Part shown: piece after piece, positions 1 to 9,557 of the stretch | How the letters are laid out: each line of letters opens with the position of its first letter | Numbering within the stretch: position 1 is the stretch's first letter | Virus record (IMG/VR): IMGVR_UViG_3300020151_000735 | Location: 1-33,499 of that record | DNA from: a virus | Lineage: Duplodnaviria; Caudoviricetes | DNA: 33,499 bases | Reading direction: 5' to 3' (one strand) | The notes under the pieces: model-generated | Databases searched by the model: none | What the model was told of the DNA's origin: nothing | What the model saw: the letters and a program-made list of their open reading frames with translations, nothing else | Program-made: the position numbers and the translations under genes

Positions 1-874
1 ATAGATATACCAGCACTGCGGATGATGCTACATATAGAAATAAGGCATGGCTTGGCGGGCAACCAGTTAGTTCCGGAAACGTTAGTATAAATTACATAAT
101 TCCTTCTGGCGTAAATATTAGTCCTGGTGGCATGCCCCTCGGATATTTTTGGCAGGTGAGATTTAATATAACAGTAACAGTAACAGTAACAACACCTACT
201 TTAAATCTACTATACACATTAAATAACCCCAACGCTTTTGGTACCAGTTCCGCTGATCAATTTGGGTATGCAGTTGATATTAGCGGTGATTATGCTATTG
301 TTAGTGCTGTTCTAGAAGATGATGCTAGTCACACCAGTTCAGGTAAGGCCTATATATTCAATGTAACCACGGGTGCTCTAGTATACACATTAAATAACCC
401 CAACGCTTTTAGCACCAGTGCCAACGATCAATTTGGGTATACAGTTGCTATCAGCGGTGATTATGCTGTAGTCGGTGCATATCTAGAAGATGATGCAGGA
501 ATTACTACTTCTACTACTACTACTTTTGAATTTGGAAGGGCGGACAACTTAGACGGCACTCTCACTATTGATTTAGCTAGCCTAGGTCTCTCTTTGTCAA
601 GTACAATTACTATTAACAGCATAGATATTAGAGGAGATCTGAACCTTGGCGGTAGCACCGAATATATAGATTTAAAATTAAGTACAGCAGCCAGTTATGA
701 TAGATATACCAGCACTGCGGATGATGCTACATATAGAAATAAGGCATGGCTTGGCGGGCAACCAGTTAGTTCCGGAAGTGTCAGTATAGATTATATAATT
801 CCTGCCGCCGTAAATATTAGTCCCAGTGGCATGCCCCTTGGATATTTTTGGCAGGTAAGATTTAATATAACAGT
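1..874 (+). repeat. Direct repeat 1-175 / 700-874 (duplicated inserted domain)
   Basis: Positions 1-78 are identical to 700-777. The rest is diverged but collinear (MPLGYFWQVRFNITV in both). The offset is 699 nt, in frame. Confidence 0.95.
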
Positions 875-1424
875 CGCTACTCCAAGCACTAATTCTAGTT
901 CAGGTAAAGTTTATATTTTTAATTTAACCACTGGGTCGTTAGTGTATACATTAGACAATCCTAACGCTTTTAGCACTGGTGCCTTTGATCAATTTGGTTA
1001 TGCAGTTGATATTAGCGGAGATTATTTACTTGTTGGTGCATATCCAGAAGATGATGCTGGTGGCACTAATTCAGGTAAGGCATATATCTATAATCTTGGA
1101 GATGGAGCGTTGAACATTGATGATAATTTTAATGTTCAAACTAGTAAAATTACTAACTTAAATTCAAATGCTGCTACACAAATACAGTCTACCGGATCTG
1201 GTTATGTTAAGTTTTCTGATGAAACTGCTTTACAAATACCTAGTGGTACTGATGCAGAACAACCAGCAGCGCCTCCTATTGGAGCATCAAGATGGAATAT
1301 TGACCAATCTTACCTAGAAGTGTGGGATGGTTCGAACTGGGTCACTGCATCCGGCGGCGGCGCCACTTTATCAGCAGCTGAGATGGGTGTACTTAGCGAC
1401 ACGTTTTCGCTTATATTCGGATAA
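3..1424 (+). CDS. 5'-truncated phage structural protein with FG-GAP (integrin-like beta-propeller) repeats, a duplicated inserted beta domain and a C-terminal 'PxG..QP..P..G..RWN..EVWDG..W' module
   Basis: The frame of ORF 132..1424 is open back to position 3 (RYTSTADDATYRNKAW...), so the ATG at 132 is internal. Three repeats of DQFGY(A/T)V(D/A)ISGDY..V(G/S)A..EDDA...SGK(A/V)YI(F/Y)N. Ends in LIFG like the next gene. Confidence 0.8.
   Translation, partial: RYTSTADDATYRNKAWLGGQPVSSGNVSINYIIPSGVNISPGGMPLGYFWQVRFNITVTVTVTTPTLNLLYTLNNPNAFGTSSADQFGYAVDISGDYAIVSAVLEDDASHTSSGKAYIFNVTTGALVYTLNNPNAFSTSANDQFGYTVAISGDYAVVGAYLEDDAGITTSTTTTFEFGRADNLDGTLTIDLASLGLSLSSTITINSIDIRGDLNLGGSTEYIDLKLSTAASYDRYTSTADDATYRNKAWLGGQPVSSGSVSIDYIIPAAVNISPSGMPLGYFWQVRFNITVATPSTNSSSGKVYIFNLTTGSLVYTLDNPNAFSTGAFDQFGYAVDISGDYLLVGAYPEDDAGGTNSGKAYIYNLGDGALNIDDNFNVQTSKITNLNSNAATQIQSTGSGYVKFSDETALQIPSGTDAEQPAAPPIGASRWNIDQSYLEVWDGSNWVTASGGGATLSAAEMGVLSDTFSLIFG
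207..1103 (+). repeat. Three 57-aa (171-nt) FG-GAP-type repeats
   Basis: tatacacattaaataaccccaacgctttt occurs at 211 and 382. A third copy near 945 is displaced by a 390-nt insertion. Confidence 0.85.
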
Positions 1425-1426
1425 CA

Positions 1427-1433
1427 ATAAATA
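1427..1433 (+). promoter_or_regulatory. Putative T4-type late promoter core (ATAAATA)
   Basis: Intergenic, 16 nt before the ATG at 1450. Matches the T4 gp55 consensus TATAAATA at 7 of 8 positions. Confidence 0.55.
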
Positions 1434-1449
1434 ATAAAACGGTGAAAAA

Positions 1450-4400
1450 ATGGCAATAGGTAAAATTTCTGGTCCTCTACTTAAAGAAAATCTACTACGT
1501 GATGGTATAGATTTAGCCTTTGAAACTGACCTTTTATATTTAGATGTTACTAACAAGCGGGTAGGTATTAAAACAACTTCACCTAGTCACGATTTTACAG
1601 TTAACGGCACTGCAAGAGCTACAAATTTAGAAATTACTAATTCTGCAGATATTGGAGATATTACAATATCAGGCAATCAAATATACAGTAATACTAGTAT
1701 TTTAAATCTTAGCCCAGCAGTAGGAAGTCATGTAGTATATCAAAACAAATTAATTGCTGGCGGCATTCAAATTGACGGAAACAACATCAGTGTAAGTTCT
1801 CCTATCAATGGAGATCTTAACATCACTGCTAGTGGAACAGGTTCTGTCAGAATAAATTCAGATGCACTGGTCAATGGAAATTTACATGCCACTGGGACTA
1901 TTACCGCAGACGGTGATATTCAACTTGGAGACAATGACACTGACAGCATTACAATTAATGCAGATATTGCCAGTAATATTATTCCAAACGTTCACGACAC
2001 ATATAGTTTAGGAACCAGCAGTAAACGTTGGGCTGATGTGTGGGTACAAAATCTTCAAGCAGAAAGTGTTACTACAGGCGCATTTGATATTGGTGGAATA
2101 GATATTACTCTAAGACAAGGCAATATCTACTATGTTGCTCTTAACGGTGCTGACGGTAATTCGGGAACACATCAAAACGATCCGTTGAGCAGTATTGGTC
2201 GAGCATTAGACTTAGCCACCGCAGGCGATACTGTTTACATCTATCCAGGAACATATTCTGAAACATTGCCATTAGTTGTACCAACAGGGGTCACAGTTAA
2301 AGGCGCAGGAATTCGCAGTGTTATTATTCAACCAGACAGTGATGTAACTGTTGACATATTTTTACTAAACGGCGAAACCACTATTGAAGACTTAACTATC
2401 ACCGGATTTGAATATGATGTAGGAACAAATACTGGATACGCATTCAGATTCGCTCCTAACATGATTGTGTCAACCCGTAGTCCTTACATTAGAAATGTAA
2501 GTGTGATCACTGCCGGTTCTACTGTAAGATTAATGACTAATCCTCCGACTGATCCAAGAGGATTTTTATCAGGTGATGCAGGTAAAGGTGCATACATTGA
2601 TGGCAGCATAGTTAATTCAAGTAGTAATCAAGCAACAATGTTGTTTCATAGTGTAACATTTATTTGTCCCGGAGTTGACGCAATAACCGCAATAAACGGC
2701 GTAAGAATAGAATGGTTAAATTGCTTTACATATTTTGCTAATAGAGGACTTTATTTACAAAGCGGCTCTAGCGGATTTGCAGGTAACGGAAAAACAAGAT
2801 TAAAAGTTTACGGTATTAGTGCGCAAACTCTTGTAATAGGTGACACTATTACAGTGGAGAATGTTAGTGCTAACCCTGCAACTGATACAACTGGAACAAT
2901 TGAAAGTTTTAGTTACGATTCTCCTTATACTAATATTGTAATTGACGGAAAAGTATCAGGATTTGAACAAAGTTTAGCAATACCAGATACTAGTAATCAA
3001 CAAATAATTACGTTCAGTGGCGGGCAGACTGCAAGTCATTTAGCATGGGCAGACTATAGTGAGTTCGGTGTCGAGTTAAGAAGTATTGGTAGTGCATGTG
3101 TTTACGGAAATTATGGTGCTTATGGCGATGGTGAAGGTGTTATCGCATATCTCATAGGCACCAACTTTGCTTATATTGGAAATGGCAAGGAAACAACTAA
3201 TGATCCTAACACTGTAGTACAAGTTAACGAAGTAGTTGAACTTAATCGAGCACAGATATATTATACTAGTGTTGACGCACGAGGCGATTTTAGAGTAGGT
3301 GATTTTTTTGTAGTTGATCAAGAAACAGGTACAATTACTTTTAATCCAGCTAGTTTAGAAATTAATAGTGCAGCAGGTGTAACATTTACTGACGGCGTTA
3401 ATACTACTATTATTAATCCAACTAAAATTGAAACTGGTAATATTAGAATTAGTGGTAATACAATAGAAAGCACATCTGGCGGAATAACGTTGTTAGCCAG
3501 TGACAATGATGTTACTGCTCAATCAGATTTAACAGTTACCGGAACACTAACAGTTGACAATAATGTTACTATAAGTGGAAATACTACTATAGGTAATACT
3601 AACAGTGATACTGTTGCAATTAATGCTCGACTGACTACAAATCTTATTCCTTCTACTGGCGGAACTAAGGATCTTGGAGAATTGTCTGCTCCTTGGAGAA
3701 ACATTTTTGTATCAAATGTTAGTACAGACAGTATAGAGATTAGTGTTAATGTAATACAGACTACAGTAAGTAATGCAGATCTTGAACTACGTGCAAATGG
3801 TACCGGCAATGTTATAATACCATCAGATAATTTAACTGTTGGTCAAGGTCTTACAGTTACCAGCGGAGTTACTAATCTTAAAAATACTAGTGTAGTTGGT
3901 ACTCTTTCAACAAATACTATTATATCTAATACTATAACAACTGCTAGTTTGTCTACAGAAAGTATATTAGTTAGTGGTAATGTAATACAGACTACAGTAA
4001 GTAATGCAGATCTTGAACTACGTGCAAACGGCACTGGCAATGTTCTGATACCTTCTGACAATTTAACGGTTAATCAAAACTTAAGTGTAACTTCAGGCAC
4101 AAGTTCGTTTAACAATGCCAATGTGTCGGGAACACTAACTGTTAATAACTTAGTTACAAATTCTACTATAACATTTTCTACATTTTCAACTAGTGATATT
4201 CAGATAGCAGGAAATGTAATAAGAACAACCTTATCAAACAGTAATTTAGAACTACGTGCTAATGGCACTGGCTATGTTATTGCTGAAAATCTACAGTTTA
4301 ACGGTAGTACAATTGTTGGAACAGCAGCACAAGATATAACATTAACTCCTTCCGGAACAGGCATTGTTTCAATTAACAGTACACAAGCATTAAAAATTCC

Positions 4401-5052
4401 AACAGGAACAGAAATACAACGACCAGGCACTCCACAAGCTGGTATGATACGTTTTAATACATTTGTAAATCAGTTTGAAGGATATAATGGAAGCCAATGG
4501 ATTCAATTAGGTGGCGTTAGTGATGTAGATAGAAATACCTATATCGTTCCAGAATCAAGTCCTGGCGCTAATGATAATACCTTGTACTTTTATGCAAACG
4601 GTAATTTATCTGCTACAATGACTAGTAGTTATTTTGATGTAAACAAATTATCAGTAGATCAAATTGAAATCAATGATAACATTATCAGTACTAATGTTAG
4701 TGGCATTGATTTAGAACTTAAGCCTAATGGCACAGGTGTAGTAGTTTTTGATAACTTTAAAATTGGTAATAACGTAATATTAAATACTACCTCAGGAGCT
4801 GTTACAGAATTTGTATCAACTGATGACGGGTATTATCATATTGTAGGAACCGGAGCAGTTGTAATCCCATCTGGAGCTACCGGTAGTCGACCATTAGTAC
4901 CTGCATTAGGTATGATGAGATATAATACTGAGTTTCAAATTGTTGAAATATACGACGGAACTTCATGGGTATCAGTAGCAGGTGCAGCATCTGGAATTAA
5001 CGCTGCACAGGCAGAAGACATTGCACTTACCTCTGCATTAATATTTGGATAA
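1450..5052 (+). CDS. Large virion structural protein (tail fibre/spike-like) with a central beta-helix-type domain and beta-strand stalk repeats
   Basis: 1200 aa, Thr/Ser/Asn/Gly-rich. Contains YYVALNGADGNSG...TVYIYPGTYSETLPL (start of a pectin-lyase-like beta-helix), RSPYIRNVS and GDFRVGDFFVVDQETG shared with the 5788 and 9558 genes, ELRANGTG repeats and two PxG..RP..G.(I/M)R(F/Y)N modules. Confidence 0.8.
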   Translation: MAIGKISGPLLKENLLRDGIDLAFETDLLYLDVTNKRVGIKTTSPSHDFTVNGTARATNLEITNSADIGDITISGNQIYSNTSILNLSPAVGSHVVYQNKLIAGGIQIDGNNISVSSPINGDLNITASGTGSVRINSDALVNGNLHATGTITADGDIQLGDNDTDSITINADIASNIIPNVHDTYSLGTSSKRWADVWVQNLQAESVTTGAFDIGGIDITLRQGNIYYVALNGADGNSGTHQNDPLSSIGRALDLATAGDTVYIYPGTYSETLPLVVPTGVTVKGAGIRSVIIQPDSDVTVDIFLLNGETTIEDLTITGFEYDVGTNTGYAFRFAPNMIVSTRSPYIRNVSVITAGSTVRLMTNPPTDPRGFLSGDAGKGAYIDGSIVNSSSNQATMLFHSVTFICPGVDAITAINGVRIEWLNCFTYFANRGLYLQSGSSGFAGNGKTRLKVYGISAQTLVIGDTITVENVSANPATDTTGTIESFSYDSPYTNIVIDGKVSGFEQSLAIPDTSNQQIITFSGGQTASHLAWADYSEFGVELRSIGSACVYGNYGAYGDGEGVIAYLIGTNFAYIGNGKETTNDPNTVVQVNEVVELNRAQIYYTSVDARGDFRVGDFFVVDQETGTITFNPASLEINSAAGVTFTDGVNTTIINPTKIETGNIRISGNTIESTSGGITLLASDNDVTAQSDLTVTGTLTVDNNVTISGNTTIGNTNSDTVAINARLTTNLIPSTGGTKDLGELSAPWRNIFVSNVSTDSIEISVNVIQTTVSNADLELRANGTGNVIIPSDNLTVGQGLTVTSGVTNLKNTSVVGTLSTNTIISNTITTASLSTESILVSGNVIQTTVSNADLELRANGTGNVLIPSDNLTVNQNLSVTSGTSSFNNANVSGTLTVNNLVTNSTITFSTFSTSDIQIAGNVIRTTLSNSNLELRANGTGYVIAENLQFNGSTIVGTAAQDITLTPSGTGIVSINSTQALKIPTGTEIQRPGTPQAGMIRFNTFVNQFEGYNGSQWIQLGGVSDVDRNTYIVPESSPGANDNTLYFYANGNLSATMTSSYFDVNKLSVDQIEINDNIISTNVSGIDLELKPNGTGVVVFDNFKIGNNVILNTTSGAVTEFVSTDDGYYHIVGTGAVVIPSGATGSRPLVPALGMMRYNTEFQIVEIYDGTSWVSVAGAASGINAAQAEDIALTSALIFG
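3747..4272 (+). repeat. Three 77-78-aa intragenic repeats (NVIQTTVSNADLELRANGTG)
   Basis: 51 nt of perfect identity between 3747-3797 and 3978-4028. A third, diverged copy starts at 4213. Confidence 0.9.
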
Positions 5053-5058
5053 AAAATT

Positions 5059-5388
5059 ATGGCAACCTTTTTAAAAACAAAAGTAGAAAAAAATATAGGA
5101 ACAGTACCCATCGATGTATTACAAACCACGGCGTCCAATAGAATAACATTAATTGGTTGTAATATTGCTAATATTATTGATGACCCAGTGACTGTTGATA
5201 TGTATGTTACAGATGACACAAGTGCGACGGCTTATTTTGTTAAGGGAATTCTAATTCCCGCAAACTCTAGTTTAAAAGTAGTTACCAACGGTGAAAAATT
5301 AGTTCTAGGTCCGTCATGCGGATTAAGAATTGTAAGTAATACTGATAACAGCGTCGACGCTGTTATCAGTTATGCAGATATCATATAA
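5059..5388 (+). CDS. Small beta-rich phage structural/partner protein
   Basis: 109 aa, 6 nt after the previous stop. CN...(Y)F/I....IPAN.SL...LVL pattern is similar to 15305..15625. Confidence 0.75.
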   Translation: MATFLKTKVEKNIGTVPIDVLQTTASNRITLIGCNIANIIDDPVTVDMYVTDDTSATAYFVKGILIPANSSLKVVTNGEKLVLGPSCGLRIVSNTDNSVDAVISYADII

Positions 5389-5397
5389 GGTTAAATT

Positions 5398-5757
5398 ATG
5401 AGCAGTAATTATTATTTTCAAGCCGATCAACAGGCAATCATAGGAGATAGTCCTAAATATTTCTACGGAATCAGAAGAACCGCTTCAGGTCAGTTATACT
5501 TGTCTAGAGTAAATCAGCTAGATCAAAATGACCAAATTGAAATTAATGTTCCCGGAGATGAATTGGACAATTTTACAGGGTACGAAGAAGGAATAGATTT
5601 CTTTGAAGGCAGAAATGTTAAGCATGAAATTGTTTATGACAATTTAAAATATGAACAATATCGTTGGGATCAAAGAAGTCTGCTTTATTATGTGAATGAC
5701 AATGGAGAATTAGTACTTAGAACTAATCAAAAGTATGACTATCCAAGCGGTATATAA
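5398..5757 (+). CDS. Hypothetical phage protein of the structural cluster
   Basis: 119 aa, AAGG upstream, tightly packed. No function recognised. Confidence 0.75.
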   Translation: MSSNYYFQADQQAIIGDSPKYFYGIRRTASGQLYLSRVNQLDQNDQIEINVPGDELDNFTGYEEGIDFFEGRNVKHEIVYDNLKYEQYRWDQRSLLYYVNDNGELVLRTNQKYDYPSGI

Positions 5758-5760
5758 ATA
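5753..5760 (+). promoter_or_regulatory. T4-type late promoter TATAAATA
   Basis: Exact consensus, overlapping the stop of the previous gene, 27 nt before the ATG at 5788. Confidence 0.7.
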
Positions 5761-5787
5761 TTAAAATAACGTATTTTTGGGGCAAAA

Positions 5788-8700
5788 ATGGCTGAATTTA
5801 AAATAAGCAGAATTAAGTATACCTGGAAAGGTGAATGGAGTTCGGGTAACACATATTATATTGACAACGTAGTAAGTTACGGAGGCAATGTGTATGTTTG
5901 TCTAGAAGTGCATAATTCAGAATCTGGCGGCGGATTCTATAACGATTTAAATGCTACTTTACCTAACACAGTACCTCCTGTTTCTGCTCCTAGATGGGAA
6001 AAAATGATGGAAGGGTATGCTTGGACAGGCGACTGGCAAGCTAACATACCATACAGTCAAAACGACTTAGTAAAATACGGCGGCACTGTGTACAGATGCA
6101 TTACACAGCATACATCTGAAAGCCTTATCGGAATCGATAGTACACTTGTTGTAGACTACGGATTAGAAAATGACCAATCTAATTGGCAAATTCTTGCTAG
6201 AACAGAAGATTGGAAAACTGATTGGATCATTAATACACCTTATAGAGTACATGACATTGTAAAATATGGTGCTACAATTTATAGATGTATCACTGCACAT
6301 ATATCAGCACAAAATTATAGTAACGGATTAGAAGAACATATTGCTAATTGGCAAGTAGTACACAGTGGTGTAGAGTATACTGGGGTATGGGTAAGTCCGA
6401 CTAGATATAAAGTAAACGATATCGTAAAGTATGGTGCTAGGGCGTATATTTGTACAACAGCACATAGTACAAGCGGACAATTTGATATTTCTAAATTTTC
6501 AGTCTATGCCCCAGGACTGGAATATGATGATAACTGGCAGGCAGCTGTTGTATACACAATAGGCGACGTAGTAAAATACGGTGGATATGCATATACTGCG
6601 ATTACAAATAATCAAAATGCCATTCCTCTTACACAAACTTCTGATTGGGAATTATTGAGTCTTGGGTATAATCTAAGAGGCGATTATAACAGTTCTACTA
6701 GTTATCGAATAGGCGATGTTATTAGAAGAAATGGAATTTTATATGCTTGTATAGTAGACAGTACAGGTTACGATCCTACAAACATTGCTTACTGGGAAAC
6801 AGTAGTTTCTTCGTTCAAATGGAGAAATATTTGGACAACATCACAATCGTATGAATTAAATGATATTGCCACGTTTGATTTATTTGCATATAGATGTATA
6901 CAACAGCATACGTCCTCACCATTATTAAGACCGGATCTCAGTGGCGGATTAGTTTATTGGAGCCTGCATTCAGAAGGTGATCTTAATAATACTCTTCGAT
7001 CACTGGGCGATATAAAAGTATTTGGAGTAGGAGAGGATGGAAGTACTATTGAATCTACTAGACTTCCTATTGGATCTGCTGGACGAATATTAAAAACTAA
7101 AGATCAACTTAACGCTTGGGAATATTTTTCTGAAATTACAAAAGTTTATTATGTAAGCGTCGAAGGGATAGATGATGCTAGCCGAGGAACTACTCTTGAC
7201 AGTCCTTGGAGGACCGTAAAATATGCTTGTGAAAATATAACAGGGCCTGCAACTATTTTTATTAAGACTGGATATTATGAGGAAATAATACCAATAAGTA
7301 TACCAGCGTCAGTAGCGTTAGTAGGCGACGAACTAAGAGGAACAACTATATCTCCAGCCAGCGGGTACGAACAAGAAGATATGTTTTATGTTCGAAACGG
7401 TTCGGGTATTAGAAATATGACGTTAACTGGCTTGTCAGGTACGCTGGGTGCTCTAAATCAGTATCTAACAAGACGCCCAAGTGCAGGCGCTTATGTAAGT
7501 TTAGATCCTGGCACAAGTACAAACGATTCATCTGTTTGGATTACTTCAAGAAGTCCTTACATACAAAATGTAACTACCTTCGGAACAGGATGTGTAGGAC
7601 TTAAAATCGACGGTAATTTACACGATGGAGGAAACAGATCTATCGTAGCCAACGATTTTACACAAGTTTTAAGCGATGGTATCGGAGCATGGGTAACTAA
7701 TCAAGGACTTACTGAACTTGTTAGTGTGTTTACATACTACAATCATATTGGATATTTGGCTGAGAATGGCGGAAAAATTAGAGGAACTAACGGTAACTGT
7801 TCTTATGGAACCTTTGGTGCTGTTTCAGAAGGAGTAAGTTTAGCAGAAGTGCCCATAACAGGAACAGTTGATAATAGAACTGGGGAAGCCACTGTTGCAG
7901 CAGCACTGAGTGGACAGAGCGGAGAACAAATTCTTATTTTAGAATACGATCATTGCGGCCAAGATTATGTATCTGGATCAACTGCATTTACAATCACCGG
8001 TGCTGGTACCGGAGCTATCGCTATACCTACTGTTAAAAACGGAGCAGTGTCTAATGTAAGAGTTAAAACTCCAGGAGACAGTACATCAGCAGGTGGTTTC
8101 GGATATTTAAATGTAATTAATAATTCCCAAGCAGGTGATACTTTAACAATTACCTTATCTTCGAGTGATATAAATCTTCCTATTAATTATGAAACTATGA
8201 GAATAGTTATTATAAGTGGCACAGGAACAGGCCAATACGGTTATATTCAAGACTATGACGATGTGACTAAAATTGCAACAGTGTATAAAGAATCTGACGA
8301 TACTCCAGGATGGGATCATGTTGCAGGTCTCTCCATTGAGCCGTTACTAGATACTACTACACAATACAGTATAGAACCAAGAGTTATTTTTAGTGCAGCG
8401 CCTGGCGGTGGTGTCACTGCTTTAGGTAGAGTAGAAATTTCGCAACAAAGAATTAGTCGTATTAAGCTATGGGACTGTGGGGAAGGATATGTTAGTACAC
8501 CTACGCTAACTATAGTAGATCCTAATAATACCGCAGAAGTTGTTACAGAAGTGTTTCGAAATAACGGTGTGTTAGGTCCTGTAACTTGGACAAGTAGAGG
8601 AAATGGTTATCAGACAACATCTACAACTGTAACTATTACAGGTATTGGATTTGCAGATAAATTTCAGCTTGGTAGCACCCTATACTTACGAGATGTAAGT

Positions 8701-9492
8701 TTTCACCCCGGACCAGGCGACAACCTCACTATTAGTCAAATCAACGACGTAGTTTATAAAATTGTTCAGTCAGAAGTAATTAGCGGTATAGTTCCTAATC
8801 TAACTGTTAGATTGCGAATCTTTCCTGAATTAGGAATCGAAGAAAGTCCAGCACATACAACTCCGATTATAATTAGACAAAAATATAGTCAAGTTAGATT
8901 GACCGGCCATGATTTCTTAGACATTGGAGTAGGAAATTTTAATAATACTGATTATCCGGTGTTATATAAAGACAACAATTTTGTAGCTTCGCCTGAGAAT
9001 GAAGTATATGAAGTCGGCGGTGGTCGTGTTTTCTATACAAGCACTGACCAAGATGGTAACTTTAGAGTGGGTGAATTATTTAAAGTAGAACAGTCTACTG
9101 GAACGGTGACTATTAGTGCTACTCTGTTCAGTTTAAGTGGATTAGAAGAATTAAGAATTGGCGGAGTGTCAGTTGGTGGTACAGGCACAGTTATTAGAGA
9201 ATTTAGTACTGATTCAAATTTTACGGCTGATAGTAACAATATTGTACCCACTCAAAAAGCTATTAAAGCATACTTAACTTCTAGAATTTCAGGCGGAAGT
9301 TCTGACGCATTTACAACTATTTTAACCGCAGGTACAGTTATAGTAGGGCCGAATTTAATTTCAAGCACTGTTGCACCTTTACCTGTGAACATGGATGTTG
9401 CAATTAGATTTAATGCTCCTTTAGCAGGTTACGGATTATCAATGGCGTATTTTGCAAATACTTGGGATTCAGACATTGATTACACAGGATAA
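5788..9492 (+). CDS. Large virion structural protein: 7 CBM5/12-like repeats, beta-helix domain, GxGY modules and conserved C-terminus
   Basis: 1234 aa. W...W.....Y...D.V.YG...Y.C...H repeats, VYYVSVEGIDD...SPWRTVKYA...VGDELR, and RLTGHDFLDIG. Collinear paralogue of 9558..15290. Confidence 0.82.
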   Translation: MAEFKISRIKYTWKGEWSSGNTYYIDNVVSYGGNVYVCLEVHNSESGGGFYNDLNATLPNTVPPVSAPRWEKMMEGYAWTGDWQANIPYSQNDLVKYGGTVYRCITQHTSESLIGIDSTLVVDYGLENDQSNWQILARTEDWKTDWIINTPYRVHDIVKYGATIYRCITAHISAQNYSNGLEEHIANWQVVHSGVEYTGVWVSPTRYKVNDIVKYGARAYICTTAHSTSGQFDISKFSVYAPGLEYDDNWQAAVVYTIGDVVKYGGYAYTAITNNQNAIPLTQTSDWELLSLGYNLRGDYNSSTSYRIGDVIRRNGILYACIVDSTGYDPTNIAYWETVVSSFKWRNIWTTSQSYELNDIATFDLFAYRCIQQHTSSPLLRPDLSGGLVYWSLHSEGDLNNTLRSLGDIKVFGVGEDGSTIESTRLPIGSAGRILKTKDQLNAWEYFSEITKVYYVSVEGIDDASRGTTLDSPWRTVKYACENITGPATIFIKTGYYEEIIPISIPASVALVGDELRGTTISPASGYEQEDMFYVRNGSGIRNMTLTGLSGTLGALNQYLTRRPSAGAYVSLDPGTSTNDSSVWITSRSPYIQNVTTFGTGCVGLKIDGNLHDGGNRSIVANDFTQVLSDGIGAWVTNQGLTELVSVFTYYNHIGYLAENGGKIRGTNGNCSYGTFGAVSEGVSLAEVPITGTVDNRTGEATVAAALSGQSGEQILILEYDHCGQDYVSGSTAFTITGAGTGAIAIPTVKNGAVSNVRVKTPGDSTSAGGFGYLNVINNSQAGDTLTITLSSSDINLPINYETMRIVIISGTGTGQYGYIQDYDDVTKIATVYKESDDTPGWDHVAGLSIEPLLDTTTQYSIEPRVIFSAAPGGGVTALGRVEISQQRISRIKLWDCGEGYVSTPTLTIVDPNNTAEVVTEVFRNNGVLGPVTWTSRGNGYQTTSTTVTITGIGFADKFQLGSTLYLRDVSFHPGPGDNLTISQINDVVYKIVQSEVISGIVPNLTVRLRIFPELGIEESPAHTTPIIIRQKYSQVRLTGHDFLDIGVGNFNNTDYPVLYKDNNFVASPENEVYEVGGGRVFYTSTDQDGNFRVGELFKVEQSTGTVTISATLFSLSGLEELRIGGVSVGGTGTVIREFSTDSNFTADSNNIVPTQKAIKAYLTSRISGGSSDAFTTILTAGTVIVGPNLISSTVAPLPVNMDVAIRFNAPLAGYGLSMAYFANTWDSDIDYTG
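5824..6960 (+). repeat. Seven CBM5/12 (ChtBD3)-like aromatic repeats
   Basis: For example WTGDWQANIPYSQNDLVKYGGTVYRCITQHTS and WKTDWIINTPYRVHDIVKYGATIYRCITAHIS. Confidence 0.75.
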
Positions 9493-9521
9493 TTAGCCAA
9501 GAAAACGGTTAGTTAAAAAAA

Positions 9522-9529
9522 TATAAATA
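9522..9529 (+). promoter_or_regulatory. T4-type late promoter TATAAATA
   Basis: Exact consensus in the 65-nt intergenic gap. GGAG RBS and ATG 9558 follow. Confidence 0.75.
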
Positions 9530-9557
9530 CAATATCTTATAAATTACGGAGCAGTAG

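Noticed and set aside
171-194. ACAGTA x3 microsatellite as a phase-variation site
   Set aside because: An in-frame 6-nt unit encoding a Thr-Val linker; slippage would not shift the frame.
1-874. Near-identical repeat pair as a diversity-generating retroelement TR/VR
   Set aside because: Both copies are in-frame parts of one CDS, mismatches are not adenine-specific (C/T and G/C changes occur), and no reverse transcriptase is present in the window.
9490-9521. Weak hairpin TAATTAGCC/GGTTAGTTA as a terminator
   Set aside because: It needs two G-U pairs and is followed by an A run, not a U run.
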